A stretch of 64,000 bases of DNA. Origin: Clostridia bacterium. Lineage in GTDB: Bacteria; Bacillota; Clostridia; Oscillospirales; CAG-272. The stretch covers positions 44,964 through 108,963 of the forward strand of contig JAFTKM010000004.1 in the NCBI GenBank assembly GCA_017453245.1, written 5' to 3'. Position numbers and translations under genes: made by a program. Of this stretch, positions 30,441 to 39,927 are shown in pieces (positions within the stretch are counted from its first letter, which is position 1; the number at the start of each line of letters is the position of its first letter). The notes beneath the pieces are model-generated. The model made no database searches. It saw only the letters and a list, made by a program, of their open reading frames with translations, and was not told where the DNA came from.

Positions 30441-31461
30441 CGATCAGGGCAGGGGAAAAAAGGTCTTAATAATTCACACGGGCGGCACCATTGGTATGAA
30501 AAAGACCGAAAACGGCTATACCCCCGTCGCAGGCTATCTTGCGGGTGAGCTTAAGAACATTCCCGACCTTAACAGATATGATTTCCCCGCGTGGGACCTA
30601 TTTGAGATGTCACCCCTTCTCGACTCGTCCAATATGAGCGTTGACGAGTGGAACGAGATAGGCAGAGTCATCTATGAGAAATATGAGGACTACTCGGGCT
30701 TCGTTATCCTGCACGGCACGGATACGATGTCCTATACCGCCTCGGCTCTCTCCTTTATGCTTGAGGGCCTTGACAAGCCCGTCATTCTCACGGGCTCGCA
30801 GATTCCTCTCTCCGAGCTTCGCTCCGACGGACGCGACAACCTCATCACCTCGATTATGATAGCGAGCGAGGGCGTGGCGCGTGAGGTCTGCCTTTACTTC
30901 AGCTCAAGGCTTCTTCGCGGCAACCGCTCGATGAAGATGAGCGCGGACGGTCTCGTTGCCTTCGACACCCCGAGCTATCCCCATCTTGCAGAGGCGGGAA
31001 TTACGGTTAAATACAATCATTCCGCGATCCTTGCCAGGAGAGAGGGAGGAGTTAAGTACCACCCCTTTGCCAAGGTCCCGATCGGTGTTCTTAAGGTGTT
31101 CCCGGGCATTCAGTTCGGTCTCTTTGAGGACATAATGACAGAGAAGCTCTCGGGTATCGTGCTTGAGACCTTCGGCGCGGGTAATATCCCTATGGGCAAC
31201 GGCGACCTTCTCCCCATTATCAAGAAGGCGTTTTCCGCGGGCGCGGTCATCACCGTATGCTCGCAGTGTCCCTCGGGCACGGTCTCTTTAGGCGCATACG
31301 AGACCTCCTCTCAGCTTAAGAGCGCGGGCGCGGTCAGCGGCAGAGATATGACCACAGAGGCAGCTGTCGCAAAGCTCTACCACCTCTTCAGCCTTGGCGT
31401 ACCCAAGGAGGATATCAAGAGGCTTATGGAGGAGAATATAGCGGGAGAGCTCGCCGAGTAA
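30430..31461 (+). CDS. ansA: Type I L-asparaginase
   Basis: HTGGTIGM and HGTDTM motifs. Confidence 0.85.
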   Translation: MQNNDQGRGKKVLIIHTGGTIGMKKTENGYTPVAGYLAGELKNIPDLNRYDFPAWDLFEMSPLLDSSNMSVDEWNEIGRVIYEKYEDYSGFVILHGTDTMSYTASALSFMLEGLDKPVILTGSQIPLSELRSDGRDNLITSIMIASEGVAREVCLYFSSRLLRGNRSMKMSADGLVAFDTPSYPHLAEAGITVKYNHSAILARREGGVKYHPFAKVPIGVLKVFPGIQFGLFEDIMTEKLSGIVLETFGAGNIPMGNGDLLPIIKKAFSAGAVITVCSQCPSGTVSLGAYETSSQLKSAGAVSGRDMTTEAAVAKLYHLFSLGVPKEDIKRLMEENIAGELAE

Positions 31462-31621
31462 AAAAAGAATAGCCGAGCTTACCACGGGCCGAATAGCCTT
31501 TACCGCCTGAGGGCGCTCGACTCTGCAAAATACAAAGGCAAGAATTATTTTGCCAAAAGCGTCATAAACTCCTATACCGAAAAAAGTCGGGCGCATCTTG
31601 TCCCGACGCGAAGGAGTTTGT

Positions 31622-32071
31622 ATGAAAAAGGCGCTTTCCCTTATACTTTTGATGTCTCTCGTTTTCCTTACCTCTTGCTCTCATAAAAAGAGCGCCGAGG
31701 CGATCGCCCTTGAGTTTTGCCGCGTCTATCCCCTTGAGGCTCGGGTGTATTCCTCGCTTTCTTCCAAGTATGAGGACGGCTATATTGACGAGGAAATGCT
31801 TACGGCTCTGTATGGAGACGTCGAGGTCCTGACAGAGGAATATGCCCTGATTTTGTACGGTAAAGTTAGCACTGTGCGGGAAATAGGCGTATTTATAGCA
31901 AAAACGAGCGACGAGAGAATGGAGCTTTATGAGCTCGCAACAAACAGAATAGAGCTTCTTTCCTCCTTTGCCGAGGGGGAAGGATTTATAAGAAAATACC
32001 GCGACGTTTTCGTCTACGGCTTTGTCGACGATGCTAAGCGGGCGGAAAGAATATTCGACGGAATAGCTTAA
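31622..32071 (+). CDS. Lipoprotein, DUF4358-like
   Basis: Lipobox FLTSCS. Start moved to ATG 31622. Confidence 0.5.
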   Translation: MKKALSLILLMSLVFLTSCSHKKSAEAIALEFCRVYPLEARVYSSLSSKYEDGYIDEEMLTALYGDVEVLTEEYALILYGKVSTVREIGVFIAKTSDERMELYELATNRIELLSSFAEGEGFIRKYRDVFVYGFVDDAKRAERIFDGIA

Positions 32072-32093
32072 GGCGCCGTCGGGAAGGAGAAGG

Positions 32094-35000
32094 ATGAGAA
32101 AACTGAAACGTGTTATATCACTGTGCCTGTGCTTGTGCATATGCCTTGGCGCGGTGTGCTCGCTCCTTGAGGCGAGCGGAGTGAATATTGCCGTAGCGGC
32201 GGATTACACGTCCGAGCTTTGGTTAGTCGACAGCGTGAATCACGCGCTTCTTGGCGGAGAGCGAAGGACCTTGTCGGAAGAATATGACCTCTCACCGTAC
32301 AAGACCGATTCGGGCTCGATGTACGTACCCGTGTCGATAGTATGTGAATATACCTCCTCAGGCTACGCCCTGACCGGCTCAGCCGTGAAGGTTTCTTTGT
32401 CGGGTGGCGGCACGGCTCGTCTGACCGTCGGCTCTGCATCCTGGACTCTTAACGGTATTTCGATGGCCGACTTCACGAATCCCGTTGCAGAGAAGGGCGG
32501 AGTCCCCTTTATCTCCATCTCTATGGCAGAGGATATATTCGGCCTTGAGTCCTATTACGACGAGGCGATGGGACTTCTCGTCCTTTCCCACAGTGAGATC
32601 AGCGGATACAGCTCCGCATATTCATCTCTGAAAACTCAGATACCCATCATTAACAGTATAGTGATGGACAGACCTACCGGAGAAGAGGTATATTCCGATC
32701 TTCAGTCCTATTCGGGCAGTACCACACATCCGAGACTCCTTATTAATGAGGAGGGGTTTGATGAATTACGCCGCGCCTATGCGAGCGGCACTCGCGGTGA
32801 TCCTTACTACGAGGGCATCGTGCATCAGCTTTATATGGGCACAAGCTATTTTAACGCCCATTTCACAGTTAACGATAGCGGCAAGGTCGTCTGGCTTAAC
32901 GATCAGGTAAGAGAAGCCATCAGACAGCCCCACTACATCTATGATGAAAACGGAAACAGACTTGTCGGAGAGACAAGCTATTCATACACAGACATTAAAA
33001 CCGGTGAGCTTATCACCGTAGAGCTTGGCAGTAACTCCTCGGGCTACGGAGACGGCTATGACCTCGGCGGCAGGTCAAACGTCGGCACCTACACCGAGAA
33101 GATGAAGAGCATAGCCTTTGCTTACCAGATGACCGGCGAGAAAAAGTACGCCGACGCCTTCTACCTCTTTGCCAAGGAGCTTGACAAATGGGAGCACTGG
33201 GGAGAGGGGCATTTCCTCAATATAGCTGACGGCTCTTATGCTTATGCTATCGGCTACGATTGGGTATACCACGCATTTGACGACGAGCCCGAGAAACGCC
33301 GTGAGCTTGCCGACATCCTTTACAACAAGGGTATGATGAAGGGCTACTACTCGATAAAGTACGACGGAGTAGGCTCGTCTATTCAGAATAAGTGCGACTT
33401 CTCCGTATCCAAGGCGGCGGGCGCCTCGGGTGCTTGGCGCACTATAAACCGTACCAACAACTGGCAGACCGTATGCGGCGCGGGAATGATAGTCTCGGCG
33501 CTTGCCATCGTCGAGTATGACGAATACCGTGACAACTGCCTCTACGTTATAGAAAACTACGTCAGCTCCTTTGAAAAGTGCCTTCTGCAGTTCGCTCCCG
33601 ACGGCTCGTATCCCGAGTCTCCGTCATATTGGTCTTATTGCGTGGATACGCTTCTCAATACACTCGTAGCATTTGAAACAAGCTGCGGCAGAAGCTACGG
33701 CTACAAGGACGCGGTAGGCCTCTATGAGAGCTTCTACTACGCGGCGGGAATATGTGATTCGGATTACTACATTTGGAACTACCACAACTCGTCAAAGTCG
33801 CGTATTGACGGCTCGTATTTCTACCTTGCGGCAAAGGTGTATGACGATCCTTGTCTTGCGGCATTCAGAAATACTATGGTATTTGAGCGTGACTTCGCAA
33901 TGTCGCTTATGGACGTAATATTCTACGATCCCGACCTTGATACAGAGGGGTACGAGATGCCCCTTGACAACAACTTTAAGGGCATACATACCGCGACCTT
34001 CAGATCCTCTCACGACTCGGAATCTGTTTACACGGGTCTGCACGTCGGCCCCGTAGCGCACGATCACTCCGACTTTGACACGGGCAACTTTATACTCAGG
34101 ATGGGCGGCGTGGATTGGTGCGGCGACCCCGGTACCGAGAACTACAACGTCAATGGCTTCTGGAACAGCTCCGAGGGTGGCACACGCTTCAAGCTATACA
34201 GAAAATCCCTTGAGGGGCACAGCTCGGTTATCATACATTCGGACGAGCTCGTCCACGGACAGAGATACACCACCTTAAACACGGATTATCCCGTGATAAA
34301 CAGCTTTTACTCGGATGAGAACGGCGGATACGCTATATCGGATATGACGAAGCAATACGGCTCCACCTGCGAGAGCGCATATCGCGGTGTTTTGCTTACC
34401 AACTCACGCCGCACCGTCATTCTCCAGGACGAGATCAGCTTCTCCTCGCCGACTACGCTGACTTGGATTCTTAATCTCATTGGCGGCATAACCATATCGT
34501 CCGATGGCAAATCTCTCACAAGCGAGATGTGGGAGGACGGTACGAAAACCGCGATCAGACTCACTATGCTCACCGATGACGAATCGCTTCGCTTCCGCCG
34601 GCTCGGATCGAACGAGACGGTGCTTGATGACACCGTAACCAAAAACAATTCGGGTATGTCGCTTGCGTGCAATCCCGAGTCGAGAGTGGTCATCGAGGCT
34701 ACCGACGTCACCGAGTTTAACGTCGCGGTGGTCTTTGATCTCTTAGGACACAAGGATGAGGCTGTTGGCTACTCCTACCTGCCTATGAGTGAGTGGACGA
34801 CCACAGATGACGAATGGCTCGATGAGGCAAACTCGGACATAGTCTATCCCGGAAATCAGCCGACCTATAAGTATAAGGCGTCGGATTTTGCCAGAGCGAA
34901 CAGAGATCTTGCCGCGGCAGACGGAGATTTCGCAAAGATTGGAAGGATACTTTCCGAGACCGCGATCTACTTCACCGATTATAATAAAAACGATCCCACT

Positions 35001-35126
35001 GTGATCGAGCTTGTCAAGGAGTATAACAAATACCGTAACAGATACAACTACGAGGTAAGCAAGATCAATCAAGAATTTATGGACGCGATGCACGTTGTCT
35101 CTCCCGTTATAGACGATGAGGAGTAG
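32094..35126 (+). CDS. Secreted heparinase II/III-like polysaccharide lyase family protein
   Basis: Signal peptide. The C-terminal HDHSDFDTGNFILRMGGVDWCGDPG matches the heparinase II/III signature. The N-terminus has a stalk-like domain. Confidence 0.7.
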   Translation: MRKLKRVISLCLCLCICLGAVCSLLEASGVNIAVAADYTSELWLVDSVNHALLGGERRTLSEEYDLSPYKTDSGSMYVPVSIVCEYTSSGYALTGSAVKVSLSGGGTARLTVGSASWTLNGISMADFTNPVAEKGGVPFISISMAEDIFGLESYYDEAMGLLVLSHSEISGYSSAYSSLKTQIPIINSIVMDRPTGEEVYSDLQSYSGSTTHPRLLINEEGFDELRRAYASGTRGDPYYEGIVHQLYMGTSYFNAHFTVNDSGKVVWLNDQVREAIRQPHYIYDENGNRLVGETSYSYTDIKTGELITVELGSNSSGYGDGYDLGGRSNVGTYTEKMKSIAFAYQMTGEKKYADAFYLFAKELDKWEHWGEGHFLNIADGSYAYAIGYDWVYHAFDDEPEKRRELADILYNKGMMKGYYSIKYDGVGSSIQNKCDFSVSKAAGASGAWRTINRTNNWQTVCGAGMIVSALAIVEYDEYRDNCLYVIENYVSSFEKCLLQFAPDGSYPESPSYWSYCVDTLLNTLVAFETSCGRSYGYKDAVGLYESFYYAAGICDSDYYIWNYHNSSKSRIDGSYFYLAAKVYDDPCLAAFRNTMVFERDFAMSLMDVIFYDPDLDTEGYEMPLDNNFKGIHTATFRSSHDSESVYTGLHVGPVAHDHSDFDTGNFILRMGGVDWCGDPGTENYNVNGFWNSSEGGTRFKLYRKSLEGHSSVIIHSDELVHGQRYTTLNTDYPVINSFYSDENGGYAISDMTKQYGSTCESAYRGVLLTNSRRTVILQDEISFSSPTTLTWILNLIGGITISSDGKSLTSEMWEDGTKTAIRLTMLTDDESLRFRRLGSNETVLDDTVTKNNSGMSLACNPESRVVIEATDVTEFNVAVVFDLLGHKDEAVGYSYLPMSEWTTTDDEWLDEANSDIVYPGNQPTYKYKASDFARANRDLAAADGDFAKIGRILSETAIYFTDYNKNDPTVIELVKEYNKYRNRYNYEVSKINQEFMDAMHVVSPVIDDEE

Positions 35127-35149
35127 ACGATAGGGCAGGGGCGTGTAGG

Positions 35150-35186
35150 CAAGAGAGAATAATACGGACTATTATTCTCTCTTGCT
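35150..35186. repeat. Perfect 16-bp-stem hairpin related to the 24.7-kb inverted-repeat arms; possible terminator
   Basis: GCAAGAGAGAATAATA-cggac-TATTATTCTCTCTTGC, 24 bp after the stop of the lyase gene. No T-run follows. Confidence 0.6.
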
Positions 35187-35265
35187 TAGCCGTAAGGGAG
35201 TCGAACTAACAAGTCTTACGGCTATCGATATAAAACGCGTAATTTCACAATAGGAAAGAGAAAAT

Positions 35266-36489
35266 ATGGACTTTATGAATTCGTTTGAGGAGAGATCCTC
35301 ATATCCCGAGGTTATCCTCTGTAAATTCGGAGAGGTTATCTTAAAGGGAAATAACAGACAGAATTTTGAATCGGGGCTTGTCAAGGAGCTTAGGCGCCGC
35401 GCCTCGCCTTTTGGCAACTTCAAGATATACTTCAAGCAGAGCACCATCTACGTTGAGCCTCTTAACGACGAGTGCGATATGGAGGGTATGTACTCCGCGG
35501 CAAAGAAGGTCTTTGGTATCGTTGCCGTAAACCGCGCCGCAGTCTGCGAGAAGGATATGGACTCCATCAAGGAGTGCGCGAGAAACTATCTTCCCCTGAA
35601 GCTTGAGGGCAAGAGGACCTTTAAGGTTGACGCAAAGCGCTCGGACAAGAAGTTTCCCCTCACATCGCCCGAGATATCACGTGACATCGGCGGTGTTATC
35701 CTCTCGACTGTCAGAGGCATCAAGGTTGACGTAAAGAATCCCGACGTCATCGTTACCGTTGAGGTGCGCGATGACCACGCATACATCAGAGCAGGGCAGG
35801 AGCCCGGCGCGGGAGGACTTCCTCTTCGCTCCGCAGGCCGCGGCCTTCTCCTCCTCTCGGGCGGTATAGATTCTCCCGTCGCGGGCTGTATGATGGCAAA
35901 GCGCGGTATGGAGATAGAGGCGTTGCACTTCGAGTCCTTCCCCTATACCTCGGAAAGAGCGAGAGAAAAGGTGCTCGAGCTCGCTCAGGAAATGTGCGAG
36001 TATTGCGCTAAGATACACGTCCACGTTATCTCCTTGACTCACATTCAGGAGGAGCTCAGAGATAAGTGTGAGGAGGACTACTTCACCATACTTCTTCGTA
36101 TCTTTATGATGCGCCTTGCAGAAAGATGCGCCACTGACTACAAGTGCGGCGCTCTTATCACGGGCGAGAGCCTTGGTCAGGTTGCCTCGCAGACTCTTGC
36201 GGCAATCGGCGTTACCGACAGCGTAGTGAATATTCCCGTATTCCGTCCCTGCATCGGTCTTGATAAGAATGAGATCATCAACTACGCAAGACACTACGGC
36301 ACCTTCGATACGTCGATCCTTCCTTACGAGGATTGCTGCACCGTCTTTACTCCCAAGCACCCCAAGACTCAGCCCAAGATAGAGCTTGTTATGAAGGAGC
36401 TTGAGAAGATAGACTTTGACGGTCTCTTTGAGGAGGCATATGCTTCTATGTACACCGAGACCAAAAAGGTGTTTGAAAATTACAGATAA
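35266..36489 (+). CDS. thiI: tRNA 4-thiouridine synthase ThiI
   Basis: THUMP-like N-terminus and PP-loop LLSGGIDSPVA. Confidence 0.88.
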   Translation: MDFMNSFEERSSYPEVILCKFGEVILKGNNRQNFESGLVKELRRRASPFGNFKIYFKQSTIYVEPLNDECDMEGMYSAAKKVFGIVAVNRAAVCEKDMDSIKECARNYLPLKLEGKRTFKVDAKRSDKKFPLTSPEISRDIGGVILSTVRGIKVDVKNPDVIVTVEVRDDHAYIRAGQEPGAGGLPLRSAGRGLLLLSGGIDSPVAGCMMAKRGMEIEALHFESFPYTSERAREKVLELAQEMCEYCAKIHVHVISLTHIQEELRDKCEEDYFTILLRIFMMRLAERCATDYKCGALITGESLGQVASQTLAAIGVTDSVVNIPVFRPCIGLDKNEIINYARHYGTFDTSILPYEDCCTVFTPKHPKTQPKIELVMKELEKIDFDGLFEEAYASMYTETKKVFENYR

Positions 36490-36547
36490 CCAAAAACGGC
36501 ATTTTTGCAAACCAAAACTGACATATTGATAGAAAAGAGGATATAAA

Positions 36548-37264
36548 ATGCTTTTATTCTATGTAAGACACGGTGATCCTATATACAACCCCGACTCGCT
36601 TACCCCTTTCGGCCACAGACAGGCCGAGGCTGTCGGCAAGATGCTATCGCAGTATAGGATAAACGAGATATACGCCTCCACCTCCGAGCGTGCAAAGCTC
36701 ACAGCAAAGCCGCTCTCCGAGATAATCAAGAAGGACGTCACCCTCCTCGACTTTGCCAACGAGGGACACGCTTATCGCGACCTCACCTGCTATTCCAAGG
36801 CGAGGGGATGTCACACCTGGCTCTTCTTCGCTCCCGAGATGAAGGAGCTATTCCACACTCCCGAGCTTATCGCCCTCGGTCACGAATGGTATAAGCATCC
36901 CGTATTCCGGACGGAGGAGTTTAAGGATAAGGACTACGGCGCGGGCGTTGCGCGCATACAGAAGGGAAGTGACGAATTCTTCGAATCCCTCGGCTACAAG
37001 CGTGTCAGCGACGGAAAGTACGAGGTTATCTCGCACTCGGACAAGCGTGTGGCATTCTTTGCTCATCAGGGCTTCGGACTCAGCTTCCTCTCCTGCGTGC
37101 TCGGTATCCCTTACCCCTACTTTACCACGCACTTCGACATCTGCACCACCGGTGTTACCGTCATAGAATTCGGCAACGATAACGGATACTCCTACCCGAG
37201 GATACTCACTCTTTCCTCCTCGGCGCACCTCTACCGCGAGGGACTTCCTACAAGATATACTTAA
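36548..37264 (+). CDS. Histidine phosphatase (phosphoglycerate mutase-like) family protein
   Basis: RHG motif (YVRHGDPIY) and SERAKLTA. Confidence 0.75.
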   Translation: MLLFYVRHGDPIYNPDSLTPFGHRQAEAVGKMLSQYRINEIYASTSERAKLTAKPLSEIIKKDVTLLDFANEGHAYRDLTCYSKARGCHTWLFFAPEMKELFHTPELIALGHEWYKHPVFRTEEFKDKDYGAGVARIQKGSDEFFESLGYKRVSDGKYEVISHSDKRVAFFAHQGFGLSFLSCVLGIPYPYFTTHFDICTTGVTVIEFGNDNGYSYPRILTLSSSAHLYREGLPTRYT

Positions 37265-37287
37265 AAGACAGTAGAAAACAAAAAAGA

Positions 37288-37579
37288 GGGGCTGATTCAT
37301 TTAGGCGTAATCGAAAAAGAGTCGAGAAGCCAATGAAAACAATCCTAAATTTGCATAAGTAAGAGGTGGAAATTATCGCAATTTCCACCTCTTACACTCT
37401 TTTTCTATCGCCGTTTCCTCGCTCGATGTATTCATATACATCTCTCGCTCGTCAGCCGACGATTTCCATCCTAAATTAATCTAACCCCGAAAGGCGCTTC
37501 GCACTAAGAATTCAGTCGTTTTTACCTAAAAATCATATTTATGCCCTTGATTTGACTGAATTCTTAATGACTCAGCCCC
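37288..37579 (+). repeat. MITE-like structured repeat, copy 2 (about 292 bp)
   Basis: Same termini and hairpins as 10707-11004. It also lies between convergent gene ends. Confidence 0.8.
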
Positions 37580-37589
37580 TTGCCGTTTA

Positions 37590-39677
37590 TTAAGCGCCGA
37601 AAATTGCTTTGAAAATATCCTTGATCAGTTCAATAAGCAGTTCAAAGAACATTACGATAATACTTTCCTTGGCGCTTGGGTTTTCATCAGCTTCACCCGT
37701 GTCATCCGAAATAAGCGCCATCTGCTTTGAGCACAAGTCACATAGCCCGTTGTTATCCGAGTCGGTATGATTTTCCTTATCAGACTCTTGAGCTTTACAC
37801 ACTGTACATTCACGCCAGTGAGACTCCTCATCATTTTGCCATTCGCCAAAGATGTGTCCCACAGCCTCGATGTGGTCACCCGTGTAGCTATCTCCACACT
37901 CGCAGACGTATGTAGTATAGCCTCCAACGGTGCAGGTGGGTAGGGTAACTTCGCTCGCGTAGGAATGACCGGTTGCGGGTATGATTTCTGTCTCATAGTG
38001 ATCACAGCTTGCGCAGTTGCGTTGCTCTTGTCCCTCGTTGATGCAGGTCGAGTTGTCTACTACAAACCACTCTCCAAAGCTGTGTCCCACAGCCTCGACG
38101 TGGTCACCCGTGTAGCTTTCTCCGCACTCGCAGACGTATGTAGTATAGCCTCCATCGGTGCAGGTGGGTAGGGTAATTATAGAGGTGTATGAATGAGTAT
38201 GCACTTCGGGAGTGCTTAAGAGGATTTTACCAGCAGAACGAGCAATTGTAACGGCTGTTACATTGCTACTGGGAAGCAACAAAGCGAAAAGGGTATCTTC
38301 TAAAGACATTGTATCGCCGACGTAGAAGTCTTTTGCGTACCAAGGACAAGTGTCAATGTCAAATTGTTTGTACGTAATCTGTGCGCCTAAATCCTTGTAA
38401 ATATCCAATGCGCAAATCGCGGTTAAGACCTTTGTGATGGAAGCAAGATTTTGCTGAGCGTCAGCATCTTTCTCATACAGAATTTTAGTTTCTTTGTTTG
38501 TAGAAAGAACGCAAGCGATAGCACTAGCGCAACATACATCGCTAGCAGAGCTATCAAAAGTGGGATCATTATATTTGCATATAGCTATTTCTGCGATTTC
38601 TTTTACTGCCTGATATCGGTTTTCGTCCGAATCATTAGCACCGTTTGCGTATAGTGCCACTACAATCAATTTGTCTTCGCTATTTGGTATTTCTAAAATT
38701 ACTGCTAGATTTCTTTTATCACCTAAAGTTCCGGTTTTTCCGCCGAGGATATGATAATACTCTTCTAATTCTTGTTTATGAACTGTGGAGATGACTTTTT
38801 GCGTTCTCGCGTTTATTCCGTTGACATTAACATCTTTGCTTGCTAAAGACCAAATTTCCTCCAATTGAGCATATTTGTCAGCGTAAATTAGCAATTTAGC
38901 GATATCTCGGGCTGACGCATAGTTGCAATAATTGCCAACTGGATCGCAAAATGTACTTGAACTCATACCTATATCTTCAGATTTTTTCTGCAGATATACC
39001 ATAAAAGCATTATACATTTCGGCATCTGTATAAAACACTTCTGCACGGTCACGAACTTTCTCTATCTGGACATATTGCTCGTAAAGCGTGGTCATTTCTT
39101 CTGCTGAAGGCTGTGTAGTAAATATATTCATATTAATGACCACGGGATCATCTACGTAGCCATCTAAATCTGCGCTATGTATGCTTCCAATATATATCTT
39201 ATGGTTGCGCGTCATTGTTACGATGGCCGAAGAAGTTACAAAGCTATCTGTTAATCCTGTAATTCCTACGGTGATATTGCCTAGGCATACACCAAGCTCT
39301 CCCTTTGTATAACGGGTGCAATATACTTTTGATGCAACAAAGTATTCCCCGGACTTGTTGGATACAGATGAGACAATCTGCTGAGAAGGTGATCCGAATG
39401 CCTTTAGACTGTAAGGGGCTGTTACATAGATGTCGTCTGTTATAATATTAGTGCCTGCATATTGTGAAAACGACCCCCAATTGTTTTTATTGAATCCGTC
39501 TACATATGCTAAATTGTTTTCAATGAAAATATCATAGTAGGTCAAATTTTCCCACGCAATACTATCAAGTGATAATTCCGTGTTTGTCGTAGCATTGGCC
39601 TCAATTGCAGTCACGTTAATCGATAACAGAGCAATCAATATTATTCCTAAAAAAATTATCAAGAAAGCTTTTTTCAT
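37590..39677 (-). CDS. Secreted S11 DD-peptidase-like protein with permuted motif order and C-terminal duplicated Cys-rich modules
   Basis: Signal/anchor MKKAFLIIFLGIILIALL. KTG (GGKTGTLGD) comes before SxxK (ASITK) and SxN (PSSN). There are two Cys-rich repeats of about 77 aa and a hydrophobic C-terminus. Confidence 0.6.
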   Translation of the reverse strand: MKKAFLIIFLGIILIALLSINVTAIEANATTNTELSLDSIAWENLTYYDIFIENNLAYVDGFNKNNWGSFSQYAGTNIITDDIYVTAPYSLKAFGSPSQQIVSSVSNKSGEYFVASKVYCTRYTKGELGVCLGNITVGITGLTDSFVTSSAIVTMTRNHKIYIGSIHSADLDGYVDDPVVINMNIFTTQPSAEEMTTLYEQYVQIEKVRDRAEVFYTDAEMYNAFMVYLQKKSEDIGMSSSTFCDPVGNYCNYASARDIAKLLIYADKYAQLEEIWSLASKDVNVNGINARTQKVISTVHKQELEEYYHILGGKTGTLGDKRNLAVILEIPNSEDKLIVVALYANGANDSDENRYQAVKEIAEIAICKYNDPTFDSSASDVCCASAIACVLSTNKETKILYEKDADAQQNLASITKVLTAICALDIYKDLGAQITYKQFDIDTCPWYAKDFYVGDTMSLEDTLFALLLPSSNVTAVTIARSAGKILLSTPEVHTHSYTSIITLPTCTDGGYTTYVCECGESYTGDHVEAVGHSFGEWFVVDNSTCINEGQEQRNCASCDHYETEIIPATGHSYASEVTLPTCTVGGYTTYVCECGDSYTGDHIEAVGHIFGEWQNDEESHWRECTVCKAQESDKENHTDSDNNGLCDLCSKQMALISDDTGEADENPSAKESIIVMFFELLIELIKDIFKAIFGA

Positions 39678-39809
39678 AATCTTCTCCCATTATATGAATA
39701 ACGCACACAACAAAGGTAAAAGCGTTATAGAAGCTTTTTCATTTACGTCCATTATATCACGTTTATATCTGTTTGTAAATCCGTAAGTGATTTTATTGTA
39801 GGCGAAAAT

Positions 39810-39837
39810 GTTTAAGCAAAATGTTTAATATATTTTG
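39810..39837 (+). repeat. Left 28-bp direct repeat (putative attL core)
   Basis: GTTTAAGCAAAATGTTTAATATATTTTG, identical to 53774-53801. Confidence 0.85.
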
Positions 39838-39927
39838 AAGAATTGTCAATCCCTTGTCAGTAATGTTTACAATTTGTTCACAAAGTTTTTTGTTGGGGTG
39901 GGGTGGAGTTATTTTTATATATAAAGA

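Noticed and set aside
39810-39837. The 28-bp direct repeat as a dif/Xer site, which would imply CTXphi-style integration
   Set aside because: The length matches dif, but the sequence lacks the dyad-symmetric 11-6-11 arms. Only its left end resembles the Firmicute XerD arm (AGTTTA..AA). A dif site immediately upstream of valS also seems improbable. This stays as a hypothesis to test, not a claim.
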